The notes under the pieces were generated by a model. It worked only from the letters and a program-made list of their open reading frames with translations, was not told the origin of the DNA and searched no databases. 64,000 bases of DNA from an uncultured Prevotellaceae bacterium (GTDB lineage Bacteria; Bacteroidota; Bacteroidia; Bacteroidales; Bacteroidaceae). This document shows, piece after piece, positions 57,777 to 64,000 of the stretch (positions are counted from its first letter, which is position 1; every line of letters begins with the position of its first letter). A program made the translations under genes and the position numbers. The stretch covers positions 1,039 to 65,038 of the forward strand of contig ONFE01000040.1 in the NCBI GenBank assembly GCA_900316985.1. Direction: 5' to 3'.

Positions 57777-58898
57777 TCATGCCAGATTCAAGACTGCCAT
57801 GCACTCCATTTCGATGAGCCAGCCGGGCCGGCAGACGGGAGCGAGGAGGAAGACGACGGGCTTTTGGGGGAAGCATTCCTCGTAGATGTCGCGTACGACG
57901 GCATAGTCGGCCGTGTCGCGCAGATAGACGATCATGGGTGCCACGTCGGCATAAGTGGCTCCGGCTTCTGAGAGCAGGGCCTGCACGTTCTCCAGCATGC
58001 GGTCGGTCTGGCGGCGGATGTCGTGTTCGTGCATCACCTGTCCTTGATTGTTGATACTGGCAGTACCAGAGATAAAGATGTGGCGGCGGTCGGAATGGTC
58101 GATATAGGTGCCGCGTTCAAAACTAACGCCGTATTCGCTGGTGCGGTTCAGATGGTCGGCAGCATGGAGGTAATGTATCTGGCTGGGCATGATGCCACGG
58201 ATGGCATAGGCGTCCATCTGGACGAAAATACGAGGATCAGCCTGTCTTCCGGCAATACCGGTGGAGGCAATAAAGTGGTCGGTAAGTCCCTGTTGGGCAA
58301 ACACTTCGTTGCGGGCGCGAACCATTCCTTTGTAGCGGTTGTCCACATCGTTGATAAAAAGCCAGGTGCGGATACAGTTGTCGGCCAATGTGCATCGCTG
58401 TTCTTTCAGTTCATTTACATATTGGTCGAATATGGCGAGAGCCTGTTCGTGAGAGTCTTCGCCTTGGGCATGCATATTGGAAATCCAGAGATGATGTAAT
58501 CCGTCCCAGTCGTATTCAGTATGGTTTTCGCTGACGGTAATCTGAATATCGGAAAGGAAATGTATCCAGAGGGCAACCTTCGTGCCGTCGAGGGGTGGCT
58601 GCTGAATGATGGATACGGCACCTTTCTCCTTGATAAAGAGTGCCTGATTGGTAGCGTCGCTGACGAAATAGCGCTTCATCACAGGCTGTGCATCAGCGAG
58701 ATGCTCTTTCTGTACAAGCATGGCTGCCGTTCTCACAGCGAGATACTGTTCCTGAAAGGTGTCCAAGGGACTAGTGGCATGTACGATGACATGATATTCC
58801 CTATGGCCGGCCTTAGAACAGAATTCGAAGATTTCTGCGGTGGCTCCGTTGTAATTGATAATCGGCATGCTTGTTGTCGTTTTCTTTTCGGGGTGCAA
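57777..58898 (-). CDS. Tandem-domain Rid/YjgF family hydrolase
   Basis: CIRTWLFINDVD, FIASTGIAG, SFERG, IFISGTASI, APVCRPGWLIEME. Confidence 0.8.
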   Translation of the reverse strand: MHPEKKTTTSMPIINYNGATAEIFEFCSKAGHREYHVIVHATSPLDTFQEQYLAVRTAAMLVQKEHLADAQPVMKRYFVSDATNQALFIKEKGAVSIIQQPPLDGTKVALWIHFLSDIQITVSENHTEYDWDGLHHLWISNMHAQGEDSHEQALAIFDQYVNELKEQRCTLADNCIRTWLFINDVDNRYKGMVRARNEVFAQQGLTDHFIASTGIAGRQADPRIFVQMDAYAIRGIMPSQIHYLHAADHLNRTSEYGVSFERGTYIDHSDRRHIFISGTASINNQGQVMHEHDIRRQTDRMLENVQALLSEAGATYADVAPMIVYLRDTADYAVVRDIYEECFPQKPVVFLLAPVCRPGWLIEMECMAVLNLA

Positions 58899-58929
58899 AG
58901 TTACGAATTAAATTTGATTTAAGCAAATC

Positions 58930-61263
58930 TTATGCGTAGGAATGCATACCACCAAGGAAATAGTTCACGCCGAAATAGGTCATCAGAATGGTAAGGAAAG
59001 CCAGTACCATATAGAGGTGGTAGTGGCGGGGACTGCGCAGCCAGGGGATGCTTTGCTGGTGAACGGGTACGGCATAGACCATGAAAGTGATGAGCGCCCA
59101 GGTCTCCTTTGGATCCCAACTCCAGTAAGTGCCCCACGACACGTTGGCCCAGATGGCACCGATAAAAATGCCGAGACCCATGCAGGTGAGGGCGGGATAG
59201 AGGAAGAGCTGACTCATCAGAAGTGAAGAGTGAAGAACCCCCTCTGAACCTCCCCGAGGGGAGGCATCCTTTTCTTTCGGACAAGTTAGAGAATGGCCTG
59301 TAATCAATCCCCAGATGCCTGTGAGGAAGGTGATGCTCAGCAGGGCGTAGGCCATCATGATGACGCTGACGTGGATGGTGAGCAGCGGAGAGGAGAGCAC
59401 GGGCATGAGATGACCGATTTGAGGATCCATTTGTGAGATGTGGCTTACTAAAAGGAAGAAGCCGGAAAGCAGCAGCCCGAAAGTCAGAATAACGGGGAAA
59501 CGGCGATACATGAGCAATGAGATAAGCATCACAAACCAAGCCATGGTGAGCATGGTCTCATAGCCGTTCGACATAGGAATGGTGCCGGAGATAATCCATC
59601 GGAGAGCCATCGCGAAGGTGAGCGCCAAGAATGAGAGCCCCAGCACGGTCAGTCCGATGCGTTGCATCCATTTCTTGCGGATCAGCGTCAGGAAAGCCAT
59701 CGTCAGACATACCATGAAGAGAATGGTGGCAAAGGGAATTTTATTATAGATATGCTCTGCCCATGTCTGGGTTTGGGAAGGTAACGAAGCTGCACCATAG
59801 CGTAGCTGATACTGCTGCATCTTGGTGAGCATCTGGTCCATTTGGCCCCATTGCCCGTTGAGGGCATACTTGTAGAGCAGAGAGAAAGCATCCTGGATAT
59901 ACTTCTTGCGCTCAGCATCCATTTCGTCGGGCAATTCATCAGTAGGGGCATACCAGATGATGGTTGAAGGTTGATGGTTGAAGGTTAAGGGGGCGGGGAA
60001 GATCTTGAGGGGCATACCCTGACGCAGTTCAACGAGCATCATCAGTTTGTCGTCAACTTTCGTCACATCCTGATGAAACTTGTCACGGTTACCCTGAGCG
60101 GCCTCCTGCACGTATGGTCCCAGGATATAGCCACCCATTTCCTCCTTGAAGAAAGAGGTGAAAGAGCAGCGGTCGGGTAACTGAAGCGTGGATTTCAGCG
60201 GGCCGCTTTTCATCTTGATGATGGGTTGCTTCTCCCATTCATCACCGTAGAAGATGAAGTTGGCCAGCAGTTGCTCGGCCGTGTAGCGGTTGCCTTCCGC
60301 ATCCTTGTAGTAGCGCTTGCCTGTGAGTTTCTTGGTGAAGTCGAGGGCGTAGGTCTGTAAGGGACAGATGCGGTCGTTGTAGTTGATGTACAGCTGTCCT
60401 AGACGGGCGGCCGTCTCTTTCGGGATGGTATTGGCTGCTTTTAGAGGAGAGAGGAGAGAGGAGAGAGGAAAGAGAAATGCTATGAGCATGAGGCTCTTTT
60501 GCAGTTTCTGGTCGTCTTTCGTATCTTGACCCTTGTTGTTTGTCATTTGATTGATTTCTCTCAGGATTCTGCGATACTGTCCTTTCGGATCGAAAAGCAT
60601 CCAGATTAGCGCGATGAAGAGCAGGGCATAGCCCGTATAGGTGACGGGAATTCCCCACGGGTCACAGTTTACGGCCAGGATGCTTCCCTGCATGTCGGGG
60701 TCGTAACTGCTTTGGTAGAAACGGTAACCCTGATAGGAGAGAATTTTGTTCATGGAGATGGTAGCATTGCTCTCAGGTCCTTGGGTGGAAGAGGATTTGG
60801 CATGTTTTGAAAGGGGCAGGATGGTGACCTTGGTGACGTAGTCGGCATGGGCCATCGTCCCTTCATGGTAATTCACCTCGAAATCCTTGAGCGCAATGCG
60901 GAAGGGCAAAGCGCGTGTCTTGATGTTGTTGCCTTCCTGTGCCAGATAGTAGTTGATGGTTTCACCCTTACGGAGATGAATCATGCCCCGGCGGGCGGTG
61001 AGATGCGTAAGCAAGGCACCGGCCAGAATGACGATAAATGAAAGATGGAGCACCACGGCGAAGACCTTCCTCACGCGCCTTTTCACGAACCAGGCAATAG
61101 CAGCGGCTGCCAGCAGAGCCCATAATACGGAAAACCACCATGAGCCGTACCAGTACTCACCCACATGGGCCGTACCTTTGTATTTTTCCACGATAGTAGC
61201 GGCGGCCATCACCACGATGACCGTCACATAAAGGAATATGAGAACAGGTTTCAGATGCTTCAT
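58930..61263 (-). CDS. ccsA: Cytochrome c biogenesis protein, System II CcsBA-type fusion
   Basis: ResB-like N-terminus (YGSWWF, LHLSFIVIL, FYQSSYDPD); tryptophan-rich motif WANVSWGTYWSWDPKETW; YFLGGMHSYA. Confidence 0.9.
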   Translation of the reverse strand: MKHLKPVLIFLYVTVIVVMAAATIVEKYKGTAHVGEYWYGSWWFSVLWALLAAAAIAWFVKRRVRKVFAVVLHLSFIVILAGALLTHLTARRGMIHLRKGETINYYLAQEGNNIKTRALPFRIALKDFEVNYHEGTMAHADYVTKVTILPLSKHAKSSSTQGPESNATISMNKILSYQGYRFYQSSYDPDMQGSILAVNCDPWGIPVTYTGYALLFIALIWMLFDPKGQYRRILREINQMTNNKGQDTKDDQKLQKSLMLIAFLFPLSSLLSPLKAANTIPKETAARLGQLYINYNDRICPLQTYALDFTKKLTGKRYYKDAEGNRYTAEQLLANFIFYGDEWEKQPIIKMKSGPLKSTLQLPDRCSFTSFFKEEMGGYILGPYVQEAAQGNRDKFHQDVTKVDDKLMMLVELRQGMPLKIFPAPLTFNHQPSTIIWYAPTDELPDEMDAERKKYIQDAFSLLYKYALNGQWGQMDQMLTKMQQYQLRYGAASLPSQTQTWAEHIYNKIPFATILFMVCLTMAFLTLIRKKWMQRIGLTVLGLSFLALTFAMALRWIISGTIPMSNGYETMLTMAWFVMLISLLMYRRFPVILTFGLLLSGFFLLVSHISQMDPQIGHLMPVLSSPLLTIHVSVIMMAYALLSITFLTGIWGLITGHSLTCPKEKDASPRGGSEGVLHSSLLMSQLFLYPALTCMGLGIFIGAIWANVSWGTYWSWDPKETWALITFMVYAVPVHQQSIPWLRSPRHYHLYMVLAFLTILMTYFGVNYFLGGMHSYA
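59236..59264. repeat. GC-rich hairpin element, in-frame in ccsA
   Basis: AACCCCCTCTGAACCTCCCCGAGGGGAGG, encoding ASPRGGSEGV; near-identical to the rluA copies at 54862 and 55915. Confidence 0.8.
60443..60477. repeat. Five tandem AGAGGAG-type heptamers in ccsA
   Basis: AGAGGAG x3, AGAGGAA, AGAGAAA; read on the pyrimidine strand as FLFPLSSLLSPL. Confidence 0.85.
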
Positions 61264-61379
61264 CTTGATTCAGTGAGAAAACGCCCCCGTGGGGAGAGAC
61301 CCCGTGGGGACGTTGTTTTTATTGACTGGTTGTAATGGGGAATGTCTCCCTTTTTGTCAATTAAACGGAGATTTCCTGA

Positions 61380-63218
61380 TTATATTGCCCGGAGGAACTT
61401 CACCACGGCATCGCGGTCGCTCTTTCCGAGTTTATAGAACTTCATGGCCGAATTGTAGGCATGGCTCTGCTTGGAGTAGGCGTGCCACATGATGGCTTCC
61501 ACCTCGTTGCGGGCGCGATAGTCGTGCAGACGGTCTTCAGCACCTGTCAGTTGCAGACTCAGGCCGCGTCCCCAAAGCGGAGTGGTGCGGCACCAGCCCG
61601 TGCGGATGTCGTTCTTCATAAAGAGTTTGTGCTGCACCATATCGGTGTAAGGCCAGATGGTCTGGTGGGCAAATTTCGGCAGACATTCGCTCACGGGGAT
61701 TCCTGCACTTTGTGCATAGGCCTTGGAGGCGGCATCTACCCAGTAGTCGTCGGAGCCGGTCTTCCATGAAGGACGATGGCAGTACTGACAGCCTATCTGC
61801 ATGAAGAGTTGCTTACCCTTCTTTACCTCGGCATCATCGAGATTACGGGCAGCGGGAACGGCCAGACCGCGATGCCATACCATGAACTGGTAGAACTGCT
61901 TGTCCGACATCTCTTCCTCCCCATTGTAGGGTGCACCCTTTACAAAGGCGTTTTCAAACTTTTCCTTTCCTGCAATGGAGGAAATGCTCAGCAGGTCGTT
62001 CACCTTTTCGGCAATGCCCTCCTTCGAACTGGCATAGTAGGGATGCAGCAGGCTGCTTTCATCCGCACCGTGTTTGGAGATATAGTCAATCACCTCGTTG
62101 TCCTCACTCATGGCCTTTGCCCAATGAGGGGTGGTGTAGAACCAATGACGGTCCGAGCGGGTCACGTTGGTGATGTTCCAAATGGCGTTGGCACCAGCAC
62201 CGTCTTGCAGTGTGCCACGGGTCATGGCGTAGGTGAAGCGCTTCACTGGACCGTGAGAACCACGATGCTTACCCGTGTCGTTATAGCCTGCGCTATAGTA
62301 GGCAGTAGGAGCAAAAGCATTGCTGGAAGCATCCCACATGGCGGGATTCAGGTCAACACCGGCTTTGGCTTCGCTGCGCCACTGCTCTTCCATATCTTCA
62401 TCGGTGATGGCATCGAGCAATCCCGTGCCGTAGATACCGATGGTACCTTCAAGTCGGACTTCATAGTTGTCGGGTCTGGGGCTTACGTTGAAGGCTGCCT
62501 GCGGAATGGTCACTTCGGGGTAAATCAGTTCGAAAGTTTCACCGTCGGCAAACTTCCATTTACCATTACCAGCAGAGGCAATCTCGTCGGTCTCCATCTC
62601 AGTGACCGTTTTCCAGTCAATCTTGATCTGGTTCTCGTCGATAGGAGCCTTGAAGGGTGACATGGCAGCCGTCTGTGGCATTCCCGTGACGTGTGAGATG
62701 TACGAGTTGGCATTGTATTTGACGGTTTCGCCCTTCACATTGAGTTCCGTGCCTGATGTCGGGTGATAGATGACGAGCAGATAACCGTTGCCAATGGTGT
62801 TGGTGCGGTAGTCCGTCTGGCGTTTGCCGTGACCGTAGGAGGGATGGCAGGCAATACAGCTGTTGCGCAGCCATGCCGGTCCGAGACCCTTACGGGGAGC
62901 CTGCTCAAACGTGTAGAGGTGTTCAAAGAGGTCTTCACCAGTGATGAAGTCGGACGCACCATTTCCCCCAGGAATAAGGTCCACGGCAGGTGCATCGGCT
63001 GAATAACTGGCCTTTTCGGTCGTTCCCAATTGTCCGCCAGGATACCATTCTTCTGCAGAGAATACATCGTTGGCTTTTCCGAAGACTTCTTCGGCAGGTG
63101 TCAACTCTCCCAATCCTTGGTTTTCGTCGCTGTCGGAACAGGCTGTCAGCAACGGGAATGCCATTGCTGAGGCAACAGACAGAATCAGTAGTCTTCTAAA
63201 ATTCATCATATTTGTCAT
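61380..63218 (-). CDS. Di-heme oxidoredictase-family (DHOR) lipoprotein, c-type cytochrome
   Basis: Lipobox LTAC; two CxxCH motifs (CIACH, CQYCH); GLGP, WCRTTPLWGRG, LHDYRARN. Confidence 0.88.
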   Translation of the reverse strand: MTNMMNFRRLLILSVASAMAFPLLTACSDSDENQGLGELTPAEEVFGKANDVFSAEEWYPGGQLGTTEKASYSADAPAVDLIPGGNGASDFITGEDLFEHLYTFEQAPRKGLGPAWLRNSCIACHPSYGHGKRQTDYRTNTIGNGYLLVIYHPTSGTELNVKGETVKYNANSYISHVTGMPQTAAMSPFKAPIDENQIKIDWKTVTEMETDEIASAGNGKWKFADGETFELIYPEVTIPQAAFNVSPRPDNYEVRLEGTIGIYGTGLLDAITDEDMEEQWRSEAKAGVDLNPAMWDASSNAFAPTAYYSAGYNDTGKHRGSHGPVKRFTYAMTRGTLQDGAGANAIWNITNVTRSDRHWFYTTPHWAKAMSEDNEVIDYISKHGADESSLLHPYYASSKEGIAEKVNDLLSISSIAGKEKFENAFVKGAPYNGEEEMSDKQFYQFMVWHRGLAVPAARNLDDAEVKKGKQLFMQIGCQYCHRPSWKTGSDDYWVDAASKAYAQSAGIPVSECLPKFAHQTIWPYTDMVQHKLFMKNDIRTGWCRTTPLWGRGLSLQLTGAEDRLHDYRARNEVEAIMWHAYSKQSHAYNSAMKFYKLGKSDRDAVVKFLRAI

Positions 63219-63323
63219 GTTTTTGTTATTGTTTTTCCAAATTCTTTATGAAGCGGCCAAAGCGTCTCACCCTTTTTCATGGTGAGGCGCTTGGTTTATT
63301 CATGCCTTGCGAAAGGGGGAGGA

Positions 63324-64000
63324 TTATTCCTCTACTTCCCAGTCTTCATCGTCTTCGAAGGCGATGTTCCATATCGTGCAGCAATATTTCACGAAAGGTG
63401 AGGGCATATTGCTGATGGCTTCGATGGCTTTCACATAACCGTTCTCTATCGAAGAGTTGACACTTGCCTTATTCACGCTTGCAAAGAAGGTGTGGAAACT
63501 GTATGTGTTTGCCGTCTTGTCGGTAGAACCGAGCCAGATATTACGGATGGAACGGATGTTGTCGCGGAAGTCAGCGATAGAGTTGTAACTATAGGGAGAC
63601 TCCACATACGACACGTCACCATTGGCGAATGGGTTGGCAATCTTTGCCGTACCTACTTCGTTGCAGATACCTACGCAAGACCCCTCATCGTCGGAAAGAA
63701 CCTGGGCGATGGCGGACTTCAGCGTAGCGAAGGTACTCTTGCCTCCACTCACACCGGCCTTCTTCAGGTTGTCACCGAAGGAGAGACCGTTGGAAGTGGT
63801 GTATTTGAGACCGGCAGCCTTCACCGCAGCCAGACGGCTGGCGTTGGCACCGCCATCCCAAGCCACCTGCAACTGGAAAGTGCGGTTCTTCAGGAGTGTA
63901 CAAATGGTCTGTGCGTAGGCCAGTTCCTGTGCACCTGTGATGTTTTCGAAATTCTTGTAGGTGTCTTTGCCTTGGAACTCAGCAACCTTGCGGGGCTGTC
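63324..64000 (-). CDS. Imelysin/IrpA-like protein, 5' end beyond the window
   Basis: Frame is open from the window edge (..QPRKVAEFQGKDTY..) through ICNEVGTAKIANPF and VESPYSYNSIADFRDNIRSI. Confidence 0.85.
   Translation of the reverse strand, partial: QPRKVAEFQGKDTYKNFENITGAQELAYAQTICTLLKNRTFQLQVAWDGGANASRLAAVKAAGLKYTTSNGLSFGDNLKKAGVSGGKSTFATLKSAIAQVLSDDEGSCVGICNEVGTAKIANPFANGDVSYVESPYSYNSIADFRDNIRSIRNIWLGSTDKTANTYSFHTFFASVNKASVNSSIENGYVKAIEAISNMPSPFVKYCCTIWNIAFEDDEDWEVEE

Noticed and set aside
63305-63323. Possible extra copy of the GC hairpin element after the imelysin gene
   Set aside because: Too degenerate: weak stem and no recognisable tail.

Overview
A 64-kb chromosomal segment from a Bacteroidetes bacterium, most likely Prevotella/Prevotellaceae. 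This is inferred from TAnnTTTG -7 promoter boxes, T9SS-type C-terminal tails and gene content. It is mostly housekeeping: metG, argS, argH, pyrE, recX, prmC, ribD, RNase H, pdxK, RluA, eno, tRNA-Arg(CCT) and tRNA-Leu(TAA). Interspersed are an MBOAT/SGNH O-acetylation cluster, tandem CotH-kinase genes, glycosidase-like genes, an imelysin/di-heme/CcsBA cluster and an AT-rich accessory block (about 49.5-54.5 kb). The main unexplained structure is short mobile-like DNA at several scales. (1) 17 copies of a ~30-36 bp GC-rich hairpin element with a C/G-rich tail; 15 lie in-frame inside intact genes, 9 of them in one RluA gene. (2) 7/8-mer tandem repeats inside genes and UTRs. (3) A ~50-90 bp palindromic element attached to promoter -7 boxes. 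(4) A 425-bp non-coding element with symmetric 99-bp inverted arms. (5) A 777-bp higBA cassette flanked by a duplicated pdxK 3' end. Four genes carry frameshifting lesions and higB appears to have an in-frame deletion; these may be real or assembly artefacts. No CRISPR array, rRNA, transposase or integrase was seen. All family assignments come from motif recognition by eye; no database search was run.
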